Below, one piece after another: positions 24,410-38,337 of a stretch of DNA of 64,000 nucleotides. The stretch is from Octopus bimaculoides (Eukaryota): NCBI RefSeq assembly GCF_001194135.2, contig NC_068987.1, positions 4,915,564 to 4,979,563 of the forward strand. Reading direction: 5' to 3'. The notes below the pieces were generated by a model. It was not told where the DNA came from. It ran no database searches and was given only the letters and a program-made list of their open reading frames with translations. A program made the translations under genes and the position numbers. The stretch's first letter is position 1; each line of letters opens with the position of its first letter.

Positions 24410-25207
24410 TTAAAAAGTTGTTTCTTGTTTTCAATATAAAATTTTTACGTACACCATATATATATATATATATATATATANNNNNNNNNNTATATATATA
24501 TATATATATATATATATCCTTGGATAAAGTGTAAACATGGGAGTATTCCTGTTCCTTTCCTTTAAAATGGTTTGGTTTGTCCTCACATCTAAAGAATTTA
24601 ATAGAAGAGCATTGTAGTTTACTTGAAGCATTGTAGTTCAGAAGTAGAATAATAAATGAAATGAGGAATAAGGAGAGTTTCTAACAATGCAGAAAGTTTA
24701 CTAAGATCGATAGTATCGACCCCTTCCCTCACTAAATTTCAGGCCTTGTTCCTTTGTGAGAAACAATTATTATTAAAAGGTAACAGACAACAAAATCAGT
24801 AATGCATCAGACAAAGCGTCTTTGAGTATTATTTAGTTACTTCTCTTTAAAACCTGTGTTCAATTCTCACTAGGGTTTAACTGTAGCTTTTCATCTTTCT
24901 GGGGTTAATACACTGATATAAAAGTTAATTGATGGCATCAATTTATTTAACCATACTCCCCTCCCCCATCCCCCAAATATGTGGCTTTGTGCCAAAGTTG
25001 GGAATCATTACTGTTAAAGACTGGAAAGTGCTGTGGTATGGTGGCCAGCTCTTGGTAAATTGTGTTTGCAGGTTCAATTCCCCCCCCCCCGCTTTCATTA
25101 ACATTGTCTTTTTTTTTTAATATTTGTTAATGATTTCATAAAAGATACGAATGATTGTTTCAGCTTCCTGTTTCGCACTGCTTCTGGTTTCAATCTTTCA
25201 TTATAAA

Positions 25208-25420
25208 TAAGGCGGTGAGCTGGCAAAGTCGTTAGCACTCCGGCCGAAATGCTTAGCGGTATTTCATCTGTCTTTACGCTCTGAGTTCAAATTCTGCTGA
25301 GGTTGACTTTGCCTTTCATCCTTTCGGGGTTGTTAAATTAAGTACCAGTTGTGTACTGGGGATCGATCTAATCGACTGCCCCCCCTCCCCCCAAATTTTG
25401 GGCCTTGTAGAAAAGAATAT
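25208..25420 (+). mobile_element. Family-1 tRNA-derived SINE, representative copy
   Basis: ggcggtgagctggca...gagttcaaatt...gactttgcctttcatcctttcgggg...aagtaccag; other copies at about 1-110, 10520, 21115, 22520, 22820, 24815, 25612, 25885, 32615, 33900, 43200, 43435 (+) and 6892, 20893, 48060, 58495 (-). Confidence 0.85.
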
Positions 25421-28400
25421 TTCATTATAAATAACAAAATAGATTTTATTACCATTCATCGGTTAACCCCTGAAGAGCAGAAAAGTTATGAATAAATTAA
25501 TAGAACACCCATCATCTAATTGGATCTCCATGAACTCATTTGCATTAATTATCTAATTAAGGTGACAAGCCCAAAATTTAAGGCTTTGTACCTATAGTAG
25601 AAAAACATAATTAAGGTGGTAAGCTGGCAGAATCATTAACGTATTGACCAAAATGCTTAGCAACATTTCTTTGTACTCTTTATGTTCCTAGTTAAAAGTT
25701 CTGCCATGGTCAACTTGACCATTTACCATTTCTGAGCCAGTAAAATGAGTACTAGTCAAATACTGGAGTTGTTGCAATCAACAACACCCCCCCCCACCCA
25801 CCTACCCTTCTCCCACCATGAAATAACTGGCCTTCTGCCAAAATTTTTATTTTGGCAAAAATTATTAATTCTCTATTCTGTGCTATTTGTTCCAGCTCTT
25901 TATGTTGTGAGTTCAAACCCTACTGAGGTCAACTTTTGTCTTTCATCCCTCTGAGGATGAAAGAAATAAAGTAAGACAACTATTGGGCTCAATGTAATCA
26001 ACTAGCTCCTACCTCCCACAAATTTCAGGCTTCGTGTTTATATTAGAAACCCATTAATGCCCAAATTTATTATCAACCCATTAATGTCCCAATTTTAAAA
26101 AAAAAATCATTATTAAAAAAAACTAAACTGAAATTTGAGACCACAGTTGCCAATATTCAACAAAATGTAAATGTAATATTTAAATGACTCTTCAATCTTT
26201 ATAACTAATTAAATATATCTTTGTAAAATACAGTTGTTGGTGAAATATTAATGATTATTCTTATTGACCTAAAGCAAAGGAACCTGGGGTACATAGGGGT
26301 TAATTCTTTAATTTAAAATATGAATATTACATCTACCCAAAAATATTGCTTTAATGTAAAAGGGAAAAAAAGTAAATACTAGTAATATACTGGGGGATTG
26401 ATTCAATCAACTCTACCATACATCTTTTATTAGAACCTTGTTCCTAAGCCAAAGAAATTATCATTATTATCTTAATAACTTACAATAACCTCACCACATA
26501 ATTTATTTATGTAGAAAGCATTTGACAATGTTGAAAGCAGATTGCACGTGTTGTTAACTCTTGCCATTGTTAACCTCAGCATATGTTTTTGTGGGCAGCA
26601 AGTGCTGTGACTGACTTTGTTGTATGTTCAATCATTTGGGAGAGACTCCCTTTTTATATTTTTTTTTGTTTTATTGATGTCGACCTATTTATTGGAATTT
26701 TTTTTTATTAGAAACTGCAACAATCATTTTAAATTGAAAGAATTTAGCTTCTCCTCACACAAAATGTACATCAGGCCTATATCTCAACTGCTTCTATTAT
26801 TCCATTTGTATCATTGTGCAAGGAAATGAAAACATTTTTTTTTCTTTTTGTATTTTCAAGGAAGAAAACCACAAAAAAAAATTGCACCTTTATTTTCCCT
26901 CATAAAAAAAAAGAAATAAAACATTGTGGGGGGAGGGGGAATAAAGCCAAGCTAAGTTATTGTGGAATGGAGCCAATATAGAAATTTCTCTTTTTTTTAT
27001 ATATATTATTTATTTATTCTGGTGACCGAAACATGGTAAATTGATATTAATTATTATATTACTGAGATATAAGACAAGATGTTTTGTGGGGGATGGGCAT
27101 AGTTTAATTAATGCGTGGTGATGAGCATTATCATCATTTTTTTTTTTCTTTCTGTTAATGCATTAATTATTCCATGTTGATATGGTTGAAATGATTTTAA
27201 TGGCACAATTTGTTTTTACACCTGGATACTCTTCATACTGCTGACTACTCATCTAAGAAGTGCTGATACCTTGCAGCCAAGTATAATTCTACATTCTACC
27301 TGGGTGTCACTACACAATTGCTGTAGTAAGGTTTGAACTTGTGACCTTGTAGGAAGAAGTCCAGCACAATAATCTCATATTTCTTGTGCTTTTTTTCTTT
27401 TAATTACGAACATAATGTAAAGTACATAATTATTAGGTATACAGGTGTATGTAATATTGGATTTGCAGGTGCATGTAATATAATGCTAGGCAATGAGATT
27501 GTTAAATGGTGTACAATTTCTTGCCTGAATACTTTTTTTTACTGTGGCATATACAATACATTTACTTTTTTTTTTTTTTTCATTATATATAAAAAGCAAA
27601 AGTAACCTCATTAAATATGCTGGCAAATATAGTATCAGTTACACGTGTATACTTTAGAATTCTGGGTTAATTCTCACATTTGTTGTTGATTGTAAGGTTT
27701 TTCACTATTGCCACAATCTGCACAAGATGTCACTTCCATGTTTTGTCTTGTCAGTTTTCCTCTTGCCAAAGATTTACTGTCCATGATATTTCAAATATCT
27801 CATCTGGATTAAATGTTTTATTTAATTTAACCCCCTTCGACAAATTTTACTCTTTTTAAAAAACAAATATAATTATAAAATCAATGTCGAATCCAAGCCT
27901 GCACAGCTTAGAAAATGGTGGTGGTCACATTGCTACAGGCTGCAGTTAACTTTTTCAAGTAAAGTAAATAAGATTTTTAAATATTTCTATTTTTAATTAT
28001 GAATCGTAAATAAAGGATAAAGAAATGATTTGGGGGTTTTGATTCTGGCCTCATACATATAGAAAGTTTTATTCCTTTCCCTGTCATTTTAACAGACTAT
28101 CTCTTAATTTTATCCTAAACGAACATTTCTAAATTTGTCACGGGTGACATGTTGTGCAGGCTTGGTTCAAACTATTTAAGCAGGTATTTTATATTGAAAT
28201 GAAAAAAAAAAAGAATTGAAAAAATTTGGAAATGGATAAAAAAAAAAGTTTAAAAAATCTAAAGTGATGATTTATTGTAAAGTTTAAACAAAAAAATATT
28301 TGATATATATTGCGTATGTTTGATGAATTAGCAAATTATGCTGACACCCATATTTAAAAAAAAAAAACTATTACTATATGATCTCAGATGCTGTAGCAAG

Positions 28401-31400
28401 TGTTATGTGATGATAAATATTAAGTCTGGTGTTTGATCTTTTATAGTAGCTGTTAAATGATAAAAAGCACTGTTTAGATATATTGTAGTCTTACATGTGA
28501 TGGAACAATGTTTAGTTCTGTGGTGATCCATAGCAAGGCCCACCTGATGTTTTACTGTTTATTATATTATGTGCTATTTAATGTTCTGTAGCAGGTCTTA
28601 TTTAATAATAATAATAATAATATTCTGTTTAACTGTAAGGGGTTTTTGTTATTACTTGTAACAAAATAATTTAATATCCCTGGTCCAAGTAGAAGATATG
28701 TGATGTATCTGGTACCATTGATCTATCTAATACACATATAGAATAACTGCTGTTAGTGATTTTTATAGAGGGGAAAGTGTATACAATATGAAACCTGCAG
28801 AGGATTTAAGAAATTTGGAAAATATCTAAAACCTCTTTAGGAAATATTGGGTTGTCAGACAAATTTGATTGTTTTTTGTTTTGTTTTGTTTTTCTACAAG
28901 GCACTCCATTGTCGTATATCTGAAAAGAGTTAAAATTTATTCAGATTTCAAAAATGATAAACAAAAATTGTAGAGGAAGAATAGAGCTAAAAAGAAAAAA
29001 ACTAAAGCACTATGATAAAGATATTTTTTGTGTTAATTCAAATAACATTGGAAAGGATTTTTTTAAAGTGGTCAGGTAGTGGGGACAACAAATTTATCTG
29101 TTAACCTAATATTTAGTGCCACTGACTTCTTTAGAAAAAATACTCATCATATTTGGTACCAGTAACATTTACAGGAAATATGTCCGTTACCTAGTGTTAG
29201 TATATTCTAAACAGATAAAATATCTGACATCACTAAGCTGTGGTGTAAATATGTGAAATTTCTGTGACCAGCGGCCTCGGGTGACTGTGTTTAGTATTTA
29301 ATGCCATTAATGTTTGTAGTAAATTATTTGTGATATATTTAACATCACATTGCTGGTTCGCTAGTTGAAAATTAGAATTACAATAAAAAAAGATAAAGAA
29401 GTGCTTATTTGTGTCCTGTGAGATGAAGCTGAAACTAATGTTTTATGCAGAATCCTTCATCATAGAAGAAAGGACTCTACTTCCGCCATATTATTGTTGT
29501 TTGAATTTTAGTAAAAATTTTTGTTATAGCACTATCGTTGTAGCATCCTTAAAGAAAACAGGCACTAATGAACTATAATCACTAAGTAGTCTTCTAAATG
29601 TAGTTCCAATATTTGGTAGCTAGACGCTACCTGTTTTTTAACCTTCCATAGTCCAGTTTGATAGACAGCACTTAAACTTTAGTTATAGTTGCAGCCCTGT
29701 GGTGGTAATGGTGGTGGTGACAAGGTAGTCTGTATAACTTACAATTTTATGGCTAGTTCTCTGATTAAAATCTATGGTTGTTTTATTTCCCTGGCATGTG
29801 TGATAAAAACAAATAAAAGAAAAAAAGACAAAATAATACGTAGCCAGTGTGTGATAATTCTAAATTCACTGGTTCTAATTCATAAAGTTGATTGCCGGAC
29901 TGAAAACTCACTGCTAACATGTCCCCTATTTAATTTCATCATCAATGTTCACTCAGTTCTCTGCAATCTTTTTCATTGCTCACTATTCCCCAACATCAGT
30001 CTTTTTTTTTTTTTTTTTCCTTTAAAAAAAAAACACTAGTCAAATAAAAACTGACTATCATTTCTGTAAATGCATCTAAATTATATATTAAATATACATT
30101 GTAAAATGCTTGTCAAGAAACACTTTTTAAAGGCATTAAAAAAACATGTCAATGATTTTTATTAATGAAAAGATTTTCTTTATAGTTTTTAAACAAGTAG
30201 AGCCTTTGGGGCATTGAAAGAATATTTCGTTTTTTGGATTTTTTTTACATCAATTTAATTTTTTTTTTTTTTTATCTAGACACAATGTAGTGTAGTATAT
30301 GTATGTGTGTAATGTATGTTACAGAAATTATAAGTATCTGTGAGGCTGATCAATTGTTTAAGAAAATTTTTTTCCAAAAGCTTGATAGCCACTTGTTAAT
30401 TATTTAATGGTTGATTAACTGCTATTTTAATTAACATCGTCTCTTTTACAGTAACCTTATTTCATTTTGTTGTTTTAGTCGAGAATCTATGTTATTGGAT
30501 CCTAATTGTATTGTTGTATATTCATTGGTTGTTTCTATAATATGGTTGTGTTTTTTTGGTCTCATGTCTGACTATAACAGTTGGAGAACTATTGTATAAC
30601 CTTAACACATGTATCCCTTATCCCTCTACTTTTTTTTGTCTTTATTTGTATTAGGATGGCTTTCATTATTTTGTAGAAGTGTATGACAATATTCTAAAGG
30701 ATCTGCCTATCAAATTCCCATTATTTGCATTCATAAAATCTACATATTATGCTCTATTCACATTGCATCAACCCATATTTTGACAGCAGTCTGCTTATAT
30801 TCACACAAGTTTTTATTAATGTGCAAATCATTGTGATGTTTACAACTGTCATGTGGGCATATAACTTTGTGTACAAATATATATTGGTTTATTGTTCTAT
30901 AATTTTGTTGATAGTGTTCTTAATGTTACTGTGTTTTTTTGTTGTTGTTGTTGTTGTTGTTTTTTTGCTAAAGGGGGAGGCAGTTATACATCTTTTGTTT
31001 CTAAACTAACTAATATTATAGTAACTTTTACACTTTTCCCAAACACACACACGAAGCAATATTTAACTCTCATACAAACACTTTTAATATATACACACCC
31101 TGATGTCTGAAATTGTTTTGAATCCTGTGCATGTATATATTTTTTGACTTTTGGTTTTATTATTCCAGCCAAGATTTCCTCTTGCCACAAACTGACTGTC
31201 AGAAACATTCCATATATTTCAATTCAAGATAATTAAAGAATATGTTCATTAATTTGTTTTTTTTTTTTATTCAGAACCCCACCGCCAAACTTAGCCTCAT
31301 CTTTCTTTTTTTTTTCTTCTTGGTCTCCCCCATATCAAACCAGCTGAATGAGGGCTCATTTTTTCATTCATTCATTTTCTCATTCACTTTATATATCCAC

Positions 31401-32772
31401 CAGAAACACTTGGTTTTAAAAAATGAATGATTTAAATCAGAACTTATTAAATTCAGTATCTGAATAATGGTGGGAAGGTTTTTGTGATCAGATCTTGGAT
31501 GTAACATCCAGGGCAAAATCAAATCAAAAGCTTAACATATATGCATCAAGAGGGCCCAAAACTATTTTAGACTCACCATATAGATATAAAACTGTTAACT
31601 AATTTGCCCAATTAAAAAAAAAAATTCACAGCACATAATTTTTAACCTAACATTAAAATGAGACATCGCTTTCTATACTACAGCCATTACATGTGTTGTG
31701 TATGTGTGTGTATTGAAAACAACACTGTTCTATTTTTATATTTCTTTTTATCAAAGTGTTTTCATATTTTCATTGACAATGAATTTACAAACTTTACTGT
31801 TCCAAACAAACTGTAAGGGACTCGTACACAAATATGAAAAACTGTGACAAAAAAGATGAAACTAGAATACTACATGTTTTCAATGTATCTGTAAAAAAAA
31901 CTTGGCCCTGTATGTATATATATATATGTATACACACAATTATATTCGTATACATGTGTATGTAGTTTTTTTATATGTTGATATTTCATTCTTCATTACT
32001 ACGGATATAGGTAAAGTTAAAATCAGCTTAATCCTTCAGTTTTCACACATAAAACTATAAATTTTTCTTCTTCAGTTAAATGTAGAATCCTCCAAGAGCA
32101 ATTATCCTCTCTCTTTCTCTCTATCTCCCCTCTTTCTCTCTTTTATCTATTTATATATCTATCTATCTTTACCTGTCTATCTATATATCTGTCTCTCTCT
32201 CTCTCTATCTATTTATCTATCTGTCTATCTATCTATCTAACACACACTCCCACCCATTCTTTCATTCATTGGTGATAAACATTTTGTAATTTTTCTCTTG
32301 TCTGCAAAAACCATGTATTTCCAAGCTTGTCTCAGAATGTATTCATTAACAAAGACTCCAAAGTAAAAACTGCTTCCACTGTCTCCTTTCCTCATTAATT
32401 AATTAAATATTTTGTATCATCTCTTTTTGAAGAATTGTGAGTTGAAAACCTTGTCCAGTGTCAGTCAAACAAACTCTATGTAACTGGGCTGGCTATGACT
32501 AGGAATGCCACCATTTAACATAAAATATTAGAAAAAAAAAACAACAATAATTACATTAGCTTCTTTTTCATGTTTCTGNNNNNNNNNNATTATTATTAGG
32601 GATGGGGTGGTTAAGGTGGGTCACCTGGCAAAATCATTAGCATGCTGGACAAAATGCTTTACAGTATTTCACCTGTCTTTACATTCTGGGTTCAGGTTCT
32701 GTGGAGGTTCACTTCGCATTTCATTCTTTCGGGGTTGATAGAAAAAAAAAAAAAATAATAAAGAGTACCAGT

Positions 32773-33003
32773 TGTCCTCATCTTGTTTGTTGTTAACACG
32801 TTTCGGCTGATATACCCTCCAGCCTTCATCAGGTGTCTTGAGGAAATTTCAAACCTGGGTTCTCATTCCCATGGGCAAATGGCATAGTGGTTAAGAGCGT
32901 GGGCTACTAACACCAAGATTCCAAGTTCGATTCCAGGCAGTGACCTAAATAATAATAATAATAACGCCAACATCGAAAAATACCTTAGGAACGAGAAGCC
33001 AGG
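32773..33003. mobile_element. tRNA-headed, hammerhead-bearing element, inverted pair, copy C
   Basis: - arm 32773-32869 containing the CTGATGA...GAAAC motif; + arm from 32873 with tRNA-like head. Confidence 0.8.
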
Positions 33004-33565
33004 TACTGACCTGGCTAACAGGAGCTAAATTCTGTTCAATCCTGGAAAACGGATGACTTTATTGTTCACTTCAGTGACAGTTATGCTGTGTAGGAGACAA
33101 CAATTGAGACATCACTTCCAGAAATAACACCACTGACCGACTCTGCCCAGGTTTATAGAATATCAATTATAGGTACAAGTCTTATCAGTGGTCCTCAACT
33201 GACATGTCTGTGTGGTTAAGAAGTTCACTTTGTGTCATAAATTGTAACAAAATATTATATGGACCCTGGGTGGAGGGGACTATTGAACTGAACCCTTCAA
33301 TGTAAGTGCCCTAGTATGACCACAGTCCAGTGACTGAAACAACTAAAAAGAAATTTTAAAAGAAAAACAATCAAAGCTTTATCTCTGGTTAAATAATCTC
33401 TGCTGAACATTCAGTTAAAATTTCTATCAAGTTCTTAGCTTAAGAACCTCTATTTTCTCCCCACCCCTTCTGAAATGTTCTTAAACTTCATTTATATTCT
33501 TTTAATCAAATATTGATTACATTTTCAGTTTGCATGTTTTCGTCTTAAATGTTCCTGTTTTCCTG

Positions 33566-33795
33566 TTAACCCTTTTGTTACCATATTTCTGTTGAGATGT
33601 TCTGTGTTTCTTTCAATTAATTTAAAATATAACAAAAAATTTAGTAAAATAACTTAGTCATCATTCAGCTAGTTTTAGGAACATAAATTGTGACTAAGGT
33701 TTGGTGGAAGATTTTAATTCAAAACTTATAAAAACAAGACATTTGTACTACAGAGCCAGAGGCAGTTTCAGCTGGAATGGTATTGAAAGGGTTAA
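33566..33795 (+). mobile_element. piggyBac-type MITE B
   Basis: TTAA-CCCTTTTGTTACC...GAAAGGG-TTAA; inverted copy at 41280-41499; split halves at 11830-12010. Confidence 0.8.
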
Positions 33796-35432
33796 GAATT
33801 GTTGGATCTACAAAAGCGGTTGTGATCTTTATGACGTGTTTCTGATGTTGCAACCACTTTGATGCATTGATTGCTAATATATTGAGATATAATACAAGAC
33901 AGCAAGCTGGCAGAATGGTTGGCATGCCAGGCAGAATGCTTCGTAGCATTTTGTCCATCTTTACGTTCTGAGTTCAAATTCTGCTGAGATTGACTTTACT
34001 TTTCATCCTTTCAGGGTTGAGAAACTAAGTACTAGTTGTACACTGGGGATTGATGTCATTGACTCACCCCCTCCCCTGAACTTGCTGGCCTTGTGCCAGA
34101 ATTTGAAACCAGTGTATTGAGAGAGATCTTAGCTCAACAGAAATCTTATGTCCCTCTCTTCTTTTGTTATCTTTTGTTGACATGGCTATAATTTTTTTTT
34201 TCATTTTGTTTTTTAAATTTGAATTTCCCTGAAATTTTCATTTAATTCTAACTTTTTACAGATGTCTCAATCCCTATTGCAAAAAAAACAAATTAATTTC
34301 ATCAATATTGTAATTTTGTGATTTTCATTTTTTTAGCCCTTCATCTATAATTTTTTGTGGCTTTTTTGTTAATTTTAATTTACAACTTTTGTTGATGTTT
34401 CTCTGTATTTTTTTGTAATTTTATTTATTTAAACCTTTGTTTTCTTTTTTGTAAACAATTCCCCTGGGGGTATGATGTTTTTGATACTCTTAGCAAAAGC
34501 ATGTCTCCAATACCCAGACTTTTAAACAAACTGGGCTTTGTACCATGTAGAAAAAAGCAGGCAAAACAAATTTTCCTGGGTCACACAAAACACAGCTCAT
34601 CACCAGGCAAGCCGCACTAATAAAAAAAAAACTGAAGGTAATTTTAACATTATTTTCCTTGTGATATTAGGCATGCCATTGAGGAAGTCGTCCTGTGAGC
34701 CACATGTGGCCGAAGAGCTGTAGTTTTGCCCAGGACTGATTTGGAAGAATAGAATAATATTGTGGAACCTGCTGAGATAGTTGAACATATGGAGTGCTCC
34801 AGTTTGGTACCTCCTTATTGTTCCAAGACCAAATCTTGACACAGCTGACTTCACTTTTTTTACTCTTTCCGATATTTATATCATAAATCCCAGCGATAGA
34901 TAAACTAACTTTATTTCTCATTAATCACAGTAAACTGTCTTGTCTTGTCAAATGGATATATATTGTTATAATATAATATAGGATAAATTCTTTATAAGAA
35001 TTTATCAAGTAGTCAGCGTGAAAAAAACCTCATAATGAAAAAATAACGAAAAATTTCGTAATGAAAAAAATTCATCATTTCTTCATAGATATATTTAATT
35101 ATATATAAAGGGCATTAACTGTGTATTAATGCCCTTTATATATAATATATATTGTTATATATATATTGTTTACAGTGAACTTAATTTCTTTTTTTTTTTT
35201 TTTTTTTTTTTTTTTGATTTAATAAATTTCTTTTAAGTTTTATTTCCTCTGGTGACCTCTCCTGTTGAAACGCAAGAAAATATTACAAATGCAAAGGAAA
35301 GATAGAAAATTAAATTTTGGTTTTGATTATTTTCCTAGCTGGAGCTGTTCCAGACTATTGGGTAGATGGAGTATTCAAGTTTTGTCTCTCTTAAAGTGAT
35401 GTGAACACTAAGAGAAACAACAGTTATATACC

Positions 35433-35467
<35 letters not shown>

Positions 35468-35564
35468 GAGTAAATATACACACTGATACATACACACAGA
35501 TGATATTTATAAACACATAACAAGAAACTGTTGATCAACAAAAGCATTTTTCACATTTTGTCAG

Positions 35565-35678
35565 AAACTGCTGAATGACCTTGTGCAGAATGAGAGACGG
35601 AAGTTGAGCCAGATCAGAGCTGAAGTAGTGTCCGACTGCAAGACGGAGATGAAAAATTACATGGCAGAGCAGCGGCAG
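35565..35678 (+). CDS. CCDC91: CCDC91 exon 13 (KLLNDLVQNERRKL...MAEQRQ)
   Basis: ttttgtcag acceptor, CAG|GTGGGT donor, 114 nt phase 0/0; aligns to human ...RTRDELIEYIKEQKR region; preceded by a 16.2 kb intron. Confidence 0.88.
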
Positions 35679-37191
35679 GTGGGTTTAGAATTTGTTGGGC
35701 TGTTACCCATTCCCTCCTTTAACTACAGGCTTCACTTAGTTCTTCAACTCTCTTTCTTTCTCTTCCTCTCTCTCTCTCTCTCTTTCTTTCTCTTCCTCCC
35801 TCCCTCTCTCTCTCTCTCATTCTGCAACGAGCAAACACACTCATCATATATGAATACCATTCACAAGTAATGAGGGAGCATCCATGTTGTTGCCCTCAAC
35901 ATGTTAGAAAAAGTAAGGAAATTTTCCTCAAATCACACTCTACTGCCTAAGAAAGGAAGGATACATTGGCTAATGTGGTCCTGGATATTTTCATCATCAT
36001 CATTATACATCCACTTTTCCATGGTCACATGGAATTTACCAAAGCAGATTTTCTATGGCTGGATGCTCATCCTGTTGCCAACCTTCCCGTTTCCAAAGAA
36101 GATAAGATTTCCTTTGCCCAGATATGTCTTTCCTTGAAAGATTGGAAACAAACATCACCTGCATGATGATGATCATCATTTACAGCCATCACATGATGTC
36201 AGAACAAGGGCAACCCACATGTGCATGCACATACGCACACACTTTCAGTTTATGTCCAACAAATCCACTCACAAGACTTTGGTTGCTTCAGAACTATATC
36301 AGAAGACATTTGTTTAAGGTGACGTGCAATGGGGATTGAATCCAAGACCACATGGTTGAGAAGCAAGCTTCTGAACCACAAAAAAATTAGAACATAGCTT
36401 AGAATGCCTGAAAAATAGATGGGATGATCATGGTTTCACTGCTCTTGATCATAAGTTTACTCGGTGAGTGCTGACCTGGGGCTAAACAACAATGTTAAGT
36501 TCAGACATTTACCTATCGTTAGTACAAATCTAGATGTCGTTCCTACCACCAAATGTATAATTCATCATCATCATCATCATTTAATGCCTGTTTTCCATGC
36601 TGGCATGTATTTGATGGTTTGCTAGGAGCTGGCAAGGCCAGGAGCCACACCAGGTTCCATTGTCTGTTCTGGCATGGTTTCTATAGCTGCATGCCCTTCC
36701 TAATGCCAACCACTTTCCAGAGTATACTGGGTGCTTTTTACATGGTGCCAGCACAAGTGCTTTTTAAGTAGCACCAACATGGGGTTGTTTTATGTAGCAT
36801 CAGCACCAGTGCTTTTCACATGGCACCAGCACCACCAGAATCCCCAAGTAACTTGCAAGTAAAAATGGTATCTCTTGTGAACTAAACATACTGAAACATA
36901 AAGAACAATGTCTTTACCTGAACATCCAATACTTACTCACACACAGCACTTGTATACTTTCTCCCTTCTCTCCTGCTATAATAGAAATACAATCCACCAT
37001 CACTTCCACATATAGATGCACTAACATGTAATATAATATGTGTGTGTGTGTAATACGCACACAAACTGTAGAGTACCTCAAGTAGCTTCATCCAACCTAG
37101 TCTAGCATGGAAAATATGGGCACAAATGATGATAGCAGTGTTTATAAAGCTAGATTTATATATCCTAAAATTGCAGGAAAATTTGTCACTG

Positions 37192-37264
37192 GGCAGTTTA
37201 GCTTAATGGTAAAGCACTTGACACGTAATCACAGGGATGTGAGTTTGAGTCTCATGGCTGGCCA
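37192..37264 (+). pseudogene. Degenerate tRNA-like cloverleaf (Thr CGT-like anticodon); pseudogene or SINE head
   Basis: D arm GCTT/AAGC, T arm GTGAG/CTCAT, acceptor stem 6 of 7 pairable; anticodon stem has two mismatches and U33 is absent. Confidence 0.45.
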
Positions 37265-38275
37265 CCAACAGATTTTTCAACAAAATATCCTGTTCATGCT
37301 TACATTATTAGCATTCTCCTGCGTTTGAGAATAAAATTATTTCCTTATCTGTATTTTTCAATATATCTCAACGCTTCTGAAGCAAACTTTCTTTGTTGAC
37401 TTTCAACATAAGATGAATTTAATATATATATATACATATATATAGATCGTTGCTATTATGCAAAAGTGTTGTTAGTCCAAAATGTTGGTTTTTCAAAAAA
37501 CGAAAAAGTAGTTTTACCATTCCATAGCAAAACCATTGTACTACAGTTTTGAGATCTTGGCATCTGAAGCAGCTGGAGATACAATTGTTTGACCAAAAGA
37601 ACCAGCGATTGCAAGTAAAAATAGATATTGAAAAAAAGGCATTTGGCCAAATTTGGACATATGACCGTTTAACATAATAGTAACTATATATAGTCTCACG
37701 GTGGTGCACCAGCATGACCGCAGCCACTTGGCTGAAACACATAAATAAATAAATATATATATATATATATAATCTTGTTTCAGTCATTTGACTGCAGCAT
37801 CGCTTCGAAGATTTTTTAGTTGAATGAATCAACTCCAGTACTTATTTTTTAAGCCCAGTACTTATTCTGTCAGTCTCTTTTGCCAAACTGCTAAGTTATG
37901 GAAATGTAAACACAACAACACCTGTTGTCAAGTAGTGACTAGAAACAAATTCAGACAGAAACACACATGTATATATACGATGAGTTTCTTTCACTCACAA
38001 GACTTTGGTCAGCCCAAGGCTATAGTAGACATGGTGTCACTCAGTGGGATTGAATCTAGAACCATGTGGTTGGGAAGTATGCTTCTTATCACAGCCATGC
38101 TTGTATATGCATATGTGTACACAGACACACATGCATACAGAACAAAGAGAAAGGAGTACACAATACTGGGAGGTAGAGTTATAAATCTCTGGAAGATTGT
38201 AAAGAAAATGGAACATTTGGAAGATTGTTTTTTCAAGTCAAAACATAAGACATAAACAAAAATAGAACCAAGCAT

Positions 38276-38337
38276 TGACTCGTGATTGTATGGATCTGCC
38301 TATGACTCGTGATTGTATGGAGTCTGCCTATGACTCT
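38276..38337. repeat. About 27 bp tandem repeat x2.3
   Basis: tgactcgtgattgtatgga(g)tctgccta repeated. Confidence 0.85.

Noticed and set aside
22680-26050. Regularly recurring similar sequences as a CRISPR-like array
   Set aside because: These are dispersed, diverged family-1 SINE copies in a eukaryotic intron; no repeat-spacer periodicity and no cas genes.
34538-34921. Cluster of short ORFs and an HAIEEVV exon-like stretch
   Set aside because: The sequence is a hAT-type MITE related to 41121-41266; stops occur in the exon-compatible frame.
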